From Camelus ferus (Eukaryota), in assembly GCF_009834535.1 (NCBI RefSeq), contig NC_045696.1, positions 85,810,001 to 85,874,000 of the forward strand: a DNA stretch of 64,000 nt. Reading direction: 5' to 3'. This document shows positions 43,603 through 56,874 of this stretch, one piece after another (the first letter of the stretch is position 1; each line of letters opens with the position of its first letter). The notes beneath the pieces are model-generated. The model searched no databases and was not told the DNA's origin. It was given only the letters and a program-made list of their open reading frames with translations. The position numbers and the translations under genes are program-made.

Positions 43603-44629
43603 AAAAAGAAAAAAAAAAGAGAAAAAAAAGAGAAATGTACTGTTCTCAAAGAGAAATATTTTGAAGGAGAAAAAGATTTATTCATATTTTAATGTTATAA
43701 AAACTTCTCAATATTATATAGCCACAGATATTTTGTTATGTTTATAGAATGAATGTATTTTACATAATTTGATATTACTGTGCCCACTAAAGAATCCTTA
43801 AGAACCTAGAAGAACTGAAACTATATAGAAATATTCCAATATTATATTCCTATTTTACAAATGAGGAATCTAAGTTTCAGAGATAAGGGTTTTAGTAAAA
43901 ATAACAAATTATAAATGTTAAAATCAGGAGAAACCATAAATTCTTACTCTTTTTTTTGTTGTACCATGCCATCTCTGTCACGTATGCACCAAAATTTGAC
44001 TCTTATTTAAGATAGTAATAAGTGATATAATAGTTTCTATTATTTCTGTGCATTATCAATATAAATGAGAACTAAAAGAATCCATTATTATATTTTCAAA
44101 GTTAGTAAAATAATTTTACGGACATTGTCTCATTTGACACTCAGAGCAACTTTGAGATATAGTATTGTTGACTCCATTTGTTAGTTTAGAAACAGAAAAT
44201 CAGAGAATCTGTGGTTTCTCCAAACTCATAACTATTAAACGATAGGAGGGGATTCATATTCTAAGATTTTTGAGTCCAAATTTAGCATTTTTTTTACTAA
44301 TATATAATTTTCAGTACCATAACAGCTTAATCTATTGGTTGAGGCATTTATTCAATAAACATTTATTGAACACAAGTTTATACTAATTATTATGTGAGAG
44401 ATAGAAAAACACATAGTTGTAATAAGATTTAATTTCTGCTCAGTAAAAATTCACAGTATATACAGCAAATAAAATGACACTAGTCATTTTCATGACCAAA
44501 GTTAGTTTTCCAAATGTTCTAATAACTAGTTCATTTGCTGTTAATAAACTTTTTTGTATCATGAGTGATATCAAATGGTAACTCACCAAAATTTGCCTGA
44601 GCTAGCACTACTCTAGAATAATGTACATT

Positions 44630-45171
44630 TGTTACCCAAAAGGGAAAAGGAAAAGACCCCAATTCTTGTCTTAACCAAAAGATAAGATTTACAGATGGGA
44701 GATGGAAAGCGTTGTGTGGCAAAAAGATTCTAAAAGATTTATTTAGGAAAAGAAGAGTACGCCTCCAAGAATGGGAGGCGGGCTGAATCAAGGGGGAATT
44801 GCGGTGTTCTTTGTCTCCTTTCTCTTACACCGTGGCTTAGAGGTGGTCTTTTGATTGACTGATGATTCTTGTCCCTGGAATGCTTATTCATGTTTAATCC
44901 CTTTGCACATGTCCTTTCCCAAGGTATTCATAGAAAAACCCAAGGTGGGGGGCTAATTGCAATGTTAATTATAATACAATGAACATTGGGTTGTGTCCAG
45001 TTAAGTCCTTTCTGCTACCTACAGTCGTGGCTGTTGGGTCTTAACCGGTGGTATTCACTGGTACTCATTTAGAAGAAGTAAAGTCCCTTTATGCTGGAGG
45101 TGGGCATAACGCCATTTTCTCTTCTCCTTCACCTGTCTGCCCGGTGCCCCCACTTATCTAACTACCTAACA
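44630..45171 (-). mobile_element. ERV1-class solo LTR
   Basis: TG...CA termini (tgttac...cctaaca) with 4-bp TSD CATT at 44626-44629 and 45172-45175. Confidence 0.85.
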
Positions 45172-46364
45172 CATTTAACACATTTGCTTTACTTAAGATA
45201 CATGAGTGTATGGTTATCACTAAACACAATAGGTGACACTGTGAGAACTGTTAGTAGTTATAATACTAATGAGAATTGTTAATGGTTATTATGATAAAGG
45301 TAAAAAAATAGTAATTTTTATGTATGCTGTTACAATGAAAAATTCACTTGGTAAACAATGTATGCTGAATGGAAATTCTTCACAGTGATGTTATTTCCTC
45401 TTTTTAAACAATCCTATGACAATTTAAGAGGTCAAGTAAGGATCACTGTGAAATGAGTTGAAAGGATTACTGGCATCATTCATCATTTTTATATTGTATT
45501 ACTATAGTGCAAGACTTTTTTGAACTTTAATGAATGCTACACTTGTCTTTGAAATTTACAGTGATTTCCCAGTCATGATGTATACAGTCTGATTCAGAAT
45601 TTCTTTTTCAGTAGAATATAAAGCACATTTAAATGAATGCTAGGAAAAGTCATCACCTGCATAAGATATGAGAGATTCTTTTTTTTTCCTTCATATTTCA
45701 TTTAGTCCTCACCTTCATTTACCATGCTTTGACCTCTTTCCTTTTTTTTCCCCATAATTAAATGCCTCTGTAGTATAATGGTTCTAGGTGCCCCTTTTGG
45801 AATCACTCAGTTACAATTTGGGATCTGATTCAAACTAGTTATGTGACTATGGGTAAGATGCAACACTTCTATGATTCACTTTCTTTTTCTGTAAAATGAT
45901 GACTAAAAAAGAAAAGCCTCAACTAATTACTACAAAAAACTCATTTAGTATATGTAGTAAATATGCCCCAAGTTGTATCTCTAACCTTTATCGTCCACAT
46001 TATATTAAGAATTAAATTGAGGGATGTAAAGTTATTTTAAGGAGGATTAAACAGTAAAACTATTGTGTGTTTAAATATATAGTTATTGCTGTAGAGGGGA
46101 GAGAGAGCAAACAGCATCCTCCTCACATGTAATAGTGTTGTGTCTTCAGAAGAAAAGGAAAATATAAGAACTCTTGAGTTTATTAAGAGTAAGAGTAAGA
46201 ATGTACCTTTAGTTTTGGACAAACCTATCTACTTAGTAAACATTTCCTGGCTTGTTTCAGTTAACTTACCTCTTTAAGAAATGCATATCTTATTAACAAA
46301 AATTAAGATTATTTTTCTAGAAATGCTCTAGCTTTACTATGGAGTAACTTTTGTTGTGTTTCAG

Positions 46365-46415
46365 ATAATGTAGAAAAATGCAGCTACATTTTCTATGGGT
46401 TTTTAAATCTCTAAT
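46365..46415 (+). pseudogene. Decayed SI exon 23-like exon
   Basis: tttcag|(D)NVEKCSYIFYGF..ISN|gtaag, 51 nt versus the 50-nt paralogous exon at 11836-11885. Recalled SI counterpart is DTIQNGNYILYTFSVSN. Confidence 0.75.
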
Positions 46416-47410
46416 GTAAGAATTTTCTTTGGATAAAAGTGTTTCCTGTGGGTCTTTACAATGAAAAGTTTTATACTTCATGCTATATATGCCTTGCTTT
46501 TGAAGATATGATTGCTAGGAACAGTGGTCATCTGCATAAGATATGAGAGATTCCTCATATCTCCTTTAAAGGTTCATATAAAATAAATATTTAGATAAGT
46601 TTCCTATGCCTGAGTCAAAATCAGTAAATGTACAGTTTCACTATCATTTTATTAATAATAGACTTCATTTATTTCTTAAATTAATGTGTATTTTTAGCTT
46701 AATAGAAGAGGGTGAGCTCTTGGAAAATTCAGCTATGATAGGCAAAGATTAATAAAGGAGGGGAAAAAAGTCCTATAATGAGTTATTAACCTAAAATAAC
46801 TTATAAAAATAAATTATTATAAATAAAAATAAATTATAAAATTTAATTTTACACATATACTTAAGTTCTCAGTGCATGTTTTAGACTAGCAACTAGCTGT
46901 CCTTTTATCCTCACTGAGGCAGAGGAAAAGAAAATGAGTATGGACTGCTTTAGGTTAGCTCTCAAGGAAATTGGATAGGTTAAGAGTGGAGATGTAGCTT
47001 GACTAAAATATTTATAAGAATACTGTTGATTCTGTGTCGCAGTGATAATTTTCTCCCATGAAGGGGAATAATTGAATTGCTCATTGCTTTTATAAACTGT
47101 TTTTATCTTGATGAAAATGTGAATATTTGAAGCATCATAAAACAAATACTTCCAGTAACTTAAATTTATGATTTCTTTAAAGAAATTAATGCATCTATGA
47201 CTGTTACATCATTTCTTACCATTATGACTCCTCACAGGAAGTTGTAAAAAGAAGGTGCATACTCGGTTACTCTCTTCTTTGAGGGGTATGTGTTTAAGCA
47301 TATTTAAGAATGTGAAGAATGTGGCAGCAACATTTCCTCAAGGATATTTCTGCCTTTATTTTAGATTCTCAATAGATAACCTAATATCTAATGTTTAATT
47401 TTTTTTTCAG

Positions 47411-47580
47411 AATCACATAGCATTGACTTGTACACAGTCACAATATCTACAGGAAAAAAATTTGAATTTTTCTGATATTAAAGTTCTTGGAAAAGAGACC
47501 AGACCTATATCAAATACAGCGAAAGAAACAATCAAGAAACCACACCTGCTTTCTCTTTTAATTTTAATGATGTGAATAAG
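47411..47580 (+). pseudogene. Decayed SI exon 24-like exon
   Basis: Strong acceptor (T)n-cag and donor AAG|gtgagt. NHIALTCTQSQYLQEKNLNFSDIKVLGKETRPISNTAKE/NQETTPAFSFNFNDVNK with a 1-nt frameshift, versus recalled SI [57 protein letters not shown]. Length 170 nt versus the expected 171. Confidence 0.85.
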
Positions 47581-48929
47581 GTGAGTAAAACCTAATTATG
47601 TATTTTATGTCTAAATATAGTTCTGGGCTATCTAAAGTTGTTGCTAAAACAGATTCATAATATTTTAACAATTTTCCCCTACAATTCTAATTCAACTTTC
47701 AATTCAATTTTCTACTTATTTATATTCAATTAAGTTATCATAGTAACCTCATTCTTTCAATACTCCTTCTGTTAATTATTAAATTTCTTCTAGACTGTAC
47801 CAATAGCTTCCTAATCAGTCTCTCTGAATCTGTACTTGGTCTTGATTAGTATCATTGGATACAGTTTCTAAAATACTACATTCATAAAATCATTTGCTTT
47901 GCAAAAAATCTTCTGTGGGCCTACCCTAAATATCTATTGTATACAAATGCAAGTGAACTGTGCTGAAATTCAAGACTTTCCATTACCTATGTGCAAACAG
48001 CATTTCTAAAATTGTGCCAGGAGCAAATGTTTAATATCACCAACTTGTTCATTTAGCTATCTATTTAGTATATTATGGGTCATATAGTAGTGATAGCTAT
48101 CCTAGTTGTTGTAGTAGTTATAATGCCTATATTTATTCATACTGGATGTCCCACTATATTGATCTCATTCAATCTGTACAAAACTATTTTAGAAGAATCA
48201 TAGTTATCCTCACATTATAAATGGGAGAACTAAGATTGAGAAAAGTTATTGGTAACTAGACCCAACTCAGGTAGTGGCAAGTGGCAGAGACAGGGTTTGC
48301 ATCTTGGCTTATTATACGCCAAATTATGTTCTTTCTGAAGGGTTAAATCAGGGTAATCTTTGACTTAGTAAAGGATAGTTGTTCAAGCCTAATTCAGTCT
48401 GTGTTCATTTAATAATGTCTGACTTGTTTTCTACTACCTATTATATTATGTAAACCACTAGCTTAAATCAAAGTCAGATTTGTTTCTAGAACACTTTTAT
48501 TTTAACAACTCTAATGCCTTTAATTATCATATTTTATTTTCTAGAGTTTCTAGCTTTTGAATTATTACTTGTAACTTAAGAATGTTTCAAATACAATTCT
48601 TCTAAGAGACTTCTATCCTGGCATCAGAGTTACTTAAATAATTTTAGGAAATAGCCCAATAGCCATGTGACCATTAGCAAATTATCTTTTTATTCTCAGT
48701 CTTGTTTTACTCTTCTACCAAATGAAGTGGTTGAACCAAATGGCCCCGAAATTATCTTTCCTAAATAGTGTGATTGTCAATTGAATTAATCTGTTTAATC
48801 CTCAGTTACTTAATCTGTATGTATATATATATAATATATATATTTATATATTAAATAATAGTACCTACCACATAGAGCTATGGAAATTAAGTGTGATTTT
48901 ATTTATGAAAGGATTAAACAAGATGATTG

Positions 48930-49257
48930 TGTTACTGGTGGATCCAGCCGGTGTTCCAGGTTCTTGTCCCGTCCCAAAAAGAATTCAGAGACAAGACTTA
49001 GAAGTTAAAAAAAGTAAAGTGAGGATTTATTAAAGGATGGATAGTACACTTTTAAGGGGAGAGCAGGCAGGCTCAGGTGAGGAGCTGCACTGAGTTTCTT
49101 TGGCAAGTTAGCTACATAGGGTGTAAAAATGAATGGGACTGCCGGTGTACGATGTTTTCCTGCATTTGACTTGTGCCCCTTCTTTCTGCCCAATTCCTAC
49201 CATTTGGTCTTTGTCCTCCTTTCTCTGCTCATATCTAGCTATCTGCCTGCTCTAACA
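48930..49257 (-). mobile_element. ERV1-class solo LTR
   Basis: tgttactgg...ctctaaca termini with 4-bp TSD ATTG at 48926-48929 and 49258-49261. Confidence 0.85.
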
Positions 49258-49483
49258 ATTGTATGTAATGAATATTTAACAAATGGAGTTACTATTTTTG
49301 TTATTGTTATTATGTATCAGAACCTGTAGTCATACTTTGTGAATAATTCCAGATACTGAATAAGTATTTGAAAATTAACAAATATTAATAGACATTTTGC
49401 CAACATTTGTTCTTCTGTGGTTTCTCTGTACTTTGAGAAAATAGTGTCACATTTATGATTCTGGACAAAACGTGGTGAGATGG

Positions 49484-49973
49484 TATGGTAGGAATGGTGG
49501 CCTCCCAAAGATGTCTGCATCTGAATCCCCAGAACCTGGGAAAATGTTATTTTACATGGCCAAAGGGACTTTGTAGATGTGATTGAGTTAAGGTTGTTTT
49601 GGTAGGGAGATTATTTTGGATTATTTGTGCCCGATGTAATCACAAGGATCATTACAAGAGAAGAGGGAAGTAAGAGAAACAAGAAAGGGAAGTGACAATG
49701 GAAGTAGAGGTCAGGGTAAGAGAGAGATTGAAGGTACTGTGCTGCTGGCTTTGAAGACAGAAGAAGTGCCCATGAGCCAAGGAATACAAGTGGTCTCTAA
49801 AAGTTCAGAAGACAAGAAACCGGTTTCTTCTCTACAGTCTCTAGAAGGAACAAGGCCTGCTGACACCTTGATGAGAGCCCAGTGACCTCCAGAGCTGTAA
49901 GATAATGAATTCATATTTTTTAAGCTATGGAGTTTGTGGTAATTTGTTACTGCAGCTATGGGAACTTAATACA
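49484..49973 (+). mobile_element. MaLR solo LTR (MLT1-type)
   Basis: ggtaggaatggtggcctcccaaagatgtc...gtgacctccagagctgtaagataat...gtttgtggtaatttgttactgcagc...taataca. Confidence 0.88.
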
Positions 49974-51198
49974 AATGGTAAAGTGGAATGAGAATGAAAA
50001 ATAAGAAAAGGAAAACTGAAGAGAAAAGGTAAAAGATGACTTTGTAAATTTGTGAGGCAGATGAAATTCTTTGTAAGCTATAAACTTCCTACTCGTGTGT
50101 CATTAAAGGACAGCCACCTCCTCCAGTGCTCTGTTACAGACTCATATTAAACATTTGTAAGGCTGAAATGTTTTGCATTTTAGTGAGAAAAATCCCTAAA
50201 GTCAAGCTAATGAAGTTTTAATGCTGTAAGGTCATGCAAAAGTCTGACCATATGAAAATAATTATTTAAGGAAGCAAGTGGGCTTTTCATGTTTCCAAAT
50301 TTCCATTTTCTCTAAATCTGAGCTTTGCCATAAGAGTAAAGTTGTTCCATCTCCCACAGAGAACTTCTGAAATCATCCTCTGTGAAACAATACTCTGTCA
50401 TCTATTCATCTCTCTTATCTGCACATTCACTTTGACCCTCTTTTGTGTTTCACCGTAATATCTAATCCTTCAGTGTAGCTGCATCCTTGCTTCTGACCTT
50501 TTGCTTTTCATCAGTCAGGCAATTCCTAGCCTTTTATCTCTGCCCCTTCTTGTCATCCACACTGTGTTGCTGGAGAAGTCACACCAATGTGGTGGCTGGG
50601 CTTTCAGGACAATTTTGTTTTTATTTTTTCTACTAACACATTGTTTGGCCTTCTTGATGCCCAATATCATTATCCTTTTTATATCATTTAATTTGGGAAG
50701 TTATATTTTCCTTTATTAAATTTATTTCACTCTGAAAACTCTCTCCCCGGCAAACATATTTCCTAACCTACAATCTTCCCCATCTCGTTAATTGCCACAA
50801 TCATCCAGGTAGTTAAATCCAAAATCTTATTACTGTTGCTTTCCTTTCCCTTGACCTCATATCCATCATCCTCATAAGAACTATCACTTCTAACTCCAAA
50901 ATATCTCTTAGATTTTCCATTTTTCTTCGTATCTACTGCCACCATCTTAATGCCACCAACCCTCATTTTCTTTTAACTGGTTCTTCTGTTTCCTCTTATG
51001 CTTTTTTCAGATAACTTCCCATATAGTATTGCAAGTGATTTCTTAGGATGTAAAAAATCATATTTGGGCCTTGCTTAAAATATGACAGTGGCTTCTTATT
51101 GTACCTAGAGCTAAATTCAAATTCTTTTACCTGTTACATAAAGTTCTTCATGGTCTGACTGCTGCTTACTTCCCCAGGCTCATGGCTTGTTATGTTCT

Positions 51199-51779
51199 TG
51201 TTGCAGGAAAATGGGGCACAAGAGGATGGTCATGTCCCAGGTCTTAGGCAAGCTCTACCAAATGAGGGTCCTTAGCTTTGTCCAGGAAAGTATTCAAGAG
51301 TGAGCCCTAGTAAAGTGAAACCAAGTTTATTCAGGGAGATACACACTTCATAGACAGAGTGCTGTTTGTCTAAGAAGACAAGAGAGGTCCTGGGAGATGG
51401 AGTCATCTTGGAAAGTGAGACTGGCCTTGAGGTGTGGGGATGGCTAATTTTTATTTTATGGCTAATTTCATTTGCTAACAAGTGGAAAAGATTACTCTAA
51501 CTATTTTGGTGAAGGGGTGGGGATTTCCAGGAATTGGGCCACCACCCACTCTTTGGCCTTTTATGGTTAACCTCAGAAGTGTCATGTTGCCTGTGGGTGT
51601 GTCATTTCACATGCTAATACATTATGATGAGCATATAATGAGGCTCAAGGTCCACTGGAAGTCAAATCCTCCACTGTCTTGGGCCTGGTTGGTTCTAACC
51701 AGTTTATGTCTTTTCCTCAATTGCTGTGTCATTCTTTCAATGGTTGTGCCCTGCCCCCTTCTCTCCTGTCCCATTCTCA
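51199..51779 (-). mobile_element. Probable ERV LTR
   Basis: tgttgcaggaaa...ttctca ends; aggaaagtattcaagagtgagcc and aagtttatt (reverse poly-A signal). No clean TSD. Confidence 0.7.
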
Positions 51780-54700
51780 TTTAGTCACTTATTTCTAGTT
51801 TAAACTCAAATTACAATTGACTCTTAAACACTATGGAGGTTACATTGCCTACTCTGCGCAATTAAAAATCCTACATTGAGAAAACTTTAGTTTGTCTTCC
51901 CTATGGGCAGTTTCTGTAGCACTGTAGTATTTATTGAAAAAAACCCGTATATAAATGGGCCTACACAGTTCAAACCCATCTTGTTTGAGGTCAATGATAT
52001 TTCACTTCTTTCAGTAAGTGTTACCATTTTCTACTGAAAAGCTTTGTCTTATCTTCAGGCAACTTCTTGAATGATTTTGGTCCCATTTTTTTTACTTGGA
52101 TAGTTTCATCTAATTCTTCAAGTCTTATTTTAAATTTCAACTCCTATAGAGGAATTCTTGTTCACTTGATTTAAGCCTGATCCTCTCTGTCAACTTTTTT
52201 CTCTATCTCAGCCCACTGCATATTTTTTCAAAGTGTATTAACTCTGTTTACTGTAATATTTATTATATTATGTTAAAAGGTTTTCTTACCTTTTAATTTT
52301 GTTTCTGTGCTGAAGCAGAAATCATACATGTTTCATTTTGCAACAAATCTCCAACAATCAGCACTGTACCTAATTCATATAAACTGTCAAGTGTGATTTG
52401 TTTAGTGAAGAAGTAAGTGAAACCCTCAGTTACATCCCATGGCACTGATTTCTTACATCAATAGAATGATGAGAATTTTTCAAATTTCTACTTTTCACTT
52501 CAAATTTCTCCATATTTTAAATTATTTTATCCTCTCCAATTTCAGAGAAATACTAAACTCAGCTACCTGAATGACTGGTCTCCTCTCTCCCAACCCCCCC
52601 CCCCCGAATTTCCCTTTTCCCATTGTATCTTTAGTTTCCCTCCTTTCCTGTAGTGACTTTTCCCACTTGACTTCCAAGAACTCAAGACATTCAGTCCTTG
52701 ACTGTGCTCACTTCTTTCTTGCCCATCTGTGTCTACCATCTATGTCTAATGATTTAAAAGCATAGGCTATACTCCATACTATTTCACAACCCACTTCATC
52801 ACCTAATGTGGCCTCTACCAGCAGCCCTCGCTAAAATGTTTGTCAAAGAATATTGATCAATATTTATCAATCACAAACCTCTCCCTTTGGTTTTTTTTTT
52901 TTTTTTTCCCAGCTAGTTTTCCTATTGTGTCTGACTCTGAGGCTGTCAGCTTGAGATTTTTGCGGCAATCTTAACTTTCAATTGATTTTCCTCTGTATCT
53001 TTTGATACTCTCTTCTTTTACTCTGCATCTAAAATGTGAACATATTTCAGTCTTAAATTCTAATCTTTTTTTGAACTATTCTCACTGTGTCAAGGTTTAC
53101 ATCTATTTCGCTTTTCATATCTGTATAAAAGTTTCATTCATTATTATGCTTTATGCATGACAAAGTTCTCAATAAATATTTTCCATGTAGAATTGACTTA
53201 AAGTAGTATGCCTTATTTCTAACTTTAGTTCTTCCAGATTTGAATCTGTTGAGTTGGACTGGCATAGTCACCCCCAAAATATCTGCCAGATAGATTGGAT
53301 CAATGGGGCATAATCTGAGTTAATGAGCCCTTCTTTTAAAAGTGATAGAAGCTGCAAGAGAAATGAAACCATTTTCTATAAATTTCCTACATTAGACAAA
53401 ATCATAGTGATTACTTCTCTGCATTAATGGAGGAAAAGAAATATGAAGAAGACTAGAGATAGCACAGGTTTTATGCAAAAACCATATCCTTTTAATACTG
53501 AGTAATAAATGGTGGTAAAAAAATCAGTGTTGAATTAAATTAGGTGGATAAAATTTTATTGATCCATTTTAAATCTAATTAAAAGGTAGAGTCCCAGGCC
53601 TTCTACCACACCCCAGACATCTCCCCCACTGATATTTTGTCAAACCTTCTGCGATCTGAGACATCTCTAGAAATATGGCTGTCTCTGGTATGCTATTACT
53701 GCTACTTCTAATTAAGCTCTGTTAGTAGGCCTCAATCTTAAATGTGTTCTCTGGTATTTGTAGCTTCTAAGAATATATGCAGGTTATAAAGGCAACAGCA
53801 TAATCCTGTACAGAGAAGTACAAAGCATGTGGCTAGTAAAGGTTGCTTAGAATATGGAAGGAGAGAGATTGGATTGAGGTGGTAGAGTGAGCACATGAAT
53901 CAATCCCAATCAAAATCACAGGGAATATTTAAAATAGAGAGTCATCATAATTGTAAAATGACAAATATCATAAATAGGACAGACTTTTTTGAAGTACACC
54001 TAAAAGATAGAAAGTAGTCATTTCAGAGGGACAGAGAAACCAGGGCTTTGAAATCACTACCTGTACCTCAGATAGAAAGAGGAAAATAGAATGATTGTAA
54101 GCCAAGAACCAACAAACACCATTAAAGGAGATCCGTGAGATATTAACAAAGATAATCAATTGAAATAGTGCCTTTCATAGGAACTGGCTACGGCGGACCC
54201 CAGCCTTTCTCTTGCGTATGTTGGTAGGTGACAACAACGGGGGTTGGTGACTCTTTAGTTGAAGCACTGGCCCTGTTTTCTGAAGCATGTAAGTAAAACT
54301 CTAGGAGCAGAGTAGAATCTTGCTTTGCACCTGCACAGAAACAATAGAGGAAGGAATGGAAATGAGAAAGTGATTAAACTGGGTATTTTCCTTCTGAGTA
54401 ATGAATTAACAAAGGCTGTTGCCAAAACAGATATTGGGGATATGGAAAGAGAAATGTACCCAAAACATAAAATGACCTGGACAATTATGTACTCTGACAA
54501 CGTAAATCAAGCTACACTTATATTCTGCCACTTCAGCTCACATGTCGACCAGCCACACATTAATACCAGCTGCATGAGTCTGTAATGGAGAGCTCTGTTT
54601 ATTACCAAAGAACTCTGATTTTCATTAGGGTACCGTTATCCATGACTCCTCTGATTCCCTGCCTCTGACTGTAACTATGAAAATCATATACATATATGAA

Positions 54701-56048
54701 ACAAGACTCACCAAACATTTGAGGAGAATGCCCCAGTGAAGGGAAGCAGTTAACTCTCAAAACTCTAGAACAGATCTCAATGAAACAGTAGAGGAAAAGT
54801 TTTAAAAAGTATGATTAAAACAGCCTCTATATGATTCTAATCTAGACAATACTGAAGCTACAGAAAATTATCAAATTATACTAAGAAAGGTCTTCATATA
54901 AAAAGAAATCAAACCAGAATACTTGGATTGAAATATTTTTTCTAAGGGCAAAATGTCTTTAAAAAGAGAGACACAAACATGACTGAATTAATGAGTTAGA
55001 AAAAGGAGTTGGCAGATTTTTAGGAAAAAAATCTCTAAAGCTCTCAAACATATCTTTTCAAAATGTCTTTACAAAAAGGCAAAGACATAAACATTAAAAG
55101 AGAAATAATAAGAAATGAAGAAAAAATTTGAAGCTATATGTGTCATAAAAAGAATCCATTAGGAGAGAGCAGACAGAATAGGAGAACAAATAAAAAAAAT
55201 AGTAAAAAATGTTTCTCTGAGTTGAAAATAAGCAAAAGATTTTAGTTTGAAAGGAAGACTAAATAGAATTACTAAATAATGCATTAGACTTGGACATATC
55301 TTCTGGAAATTACAAATTTTCAAGGTAGAAGGAAAGTCCTTAAAGTTCCGTGCATGTGAAGGAATGTCAGATTAGCAATAGACTTCTCATGAAAAATACT
55401 AGAGGGAAGTTCATGTATAGTTTTAATGTATTTGATACCATTGCCTAATAGAAAGCAATTGATGTTGGCCATCAGAGATTTTATATCACTTAGATTAAAG
55501 ATACTGGCAGACTTGTGTAAATCAAATCTTACATATAATATTTAATTTATAATAATAAACAAAATAATTGTATGTAAAATATATTATCTAAAACATAATA
55601 CATAATCATAATAGCTTAATACATTTTAGCATGACAAAAGATTATTTCATAGACTATATCTAGTTTTACACATATTTTATGGTGTTGAGAATGATGGTAC
55701 AGATGGAATAACATAGGGTCTGGTGCACATTAACTGCCTTTATTTAAGTTTAATAATTAGATTCAATGGTGCAAAATTACCTTATATCCAAAAATATTAG
55801 ATGTATAATAGGGAAAATATGTTTAAAAAACAGAAAGAAACTTAAGAAAATGGTGAGAAATGAGTAGGATTCCCCAAATTCTCAAATCAGAATAATTACT
55901 TGTTTTAAATTAAGGTCTTTGAACTTTTTAAATGCATAATACTCATTTTTTTTTTTCAAAAAGTACGATAAACAATGTAAAAACATACTGGAGAAATCTA
56001 AAAATATAAAGTGAAACATTGTTTAGCAGTCTTTATCAATTGTTTGAA

Positions 56049-56232
56049 GCAGAATTTCCCAACCCTGACTGCACATGATCACCCCCTTGGGAGATTTAAA
56101 AAGTATCAGTGCTAAAGACCCAGTCCCAGAGATTCTGATTGGATTGGCCTGAATGACTGGCACTTCTGGAATGACAATTTTTAAATGCCCTCTAGGAAAT
56201 TCTAATGTTCAGCCAGGGATGAAAACCACTGG
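56049..56232. mobile_element. MER5A-like hAT element
   Basis: cagaatttcccaaccctgactgcacat...cccagagattctgatt...attctaatgttcagccagggatgaaaaccactg. Confidence 0.75.
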
Positions 56233-56796
56233 TTGGAATTAATGGTATGGGTTTATTAGTCACTATTTGTGCATGCATAAATATATAAATAGATTTTATT
56301 TTATCTTTTATAAATATGCAGAGACCAGGTGTGGTACAGGATCTTACATGTTTCCTATGATGTTCCTGTTTCTGCTTTAGTTACCACCGATGACAAAGAA
56401 CTCACAGTGCTTGGCATCCAGTAGTTAATTAAATAACTATTTGTAGAATTGTAAATTGAACTCCTTCCTGAAGTTACCTAAATGCATCATACTTGTAATA
56501 TTCTTCCTTGGTGTTTTTAAACATAGAAATCCTTTCCCATGGCACAATCAATGTAATCACCATCTATAATTTCTATACTTGTTACAACTTTATTAAAAAT
56601 AGGATATTATATTTATATCCTATTTCATTCTCTTGGGAATCTCAACTACTTGGATTTCCTGCTCCTTTACCTATGTACTCATTTTTATTATAGCTACTCA
56701 TCTCTCGCTTCTCTTCATCACTATTTAGATAATTTTAGGATAAGAGAAAAGAAAAACATTCATGCTAACCTAGCAGGGAAAGCAATACTTGTACAC

Positions 56797-56874
56797 ATAA
56801 GATAAGATAAGATTAAATTAAATTAAATTAAATTAAATTAAATTAAATTAAATTAAATTAAATTAAATTAAATT
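56797..56874 (+). repeat. (ATAAG)3(ATTAA)n pentanucleotide microsatellite
   Basis: Direct inspection. Confidence 0.95.

Noticed and set aside
54600..55420. A-rich coding-like stretch
   Set aside because: Most consistent with a very old, decayed L1 ORF1 region; no open frame.
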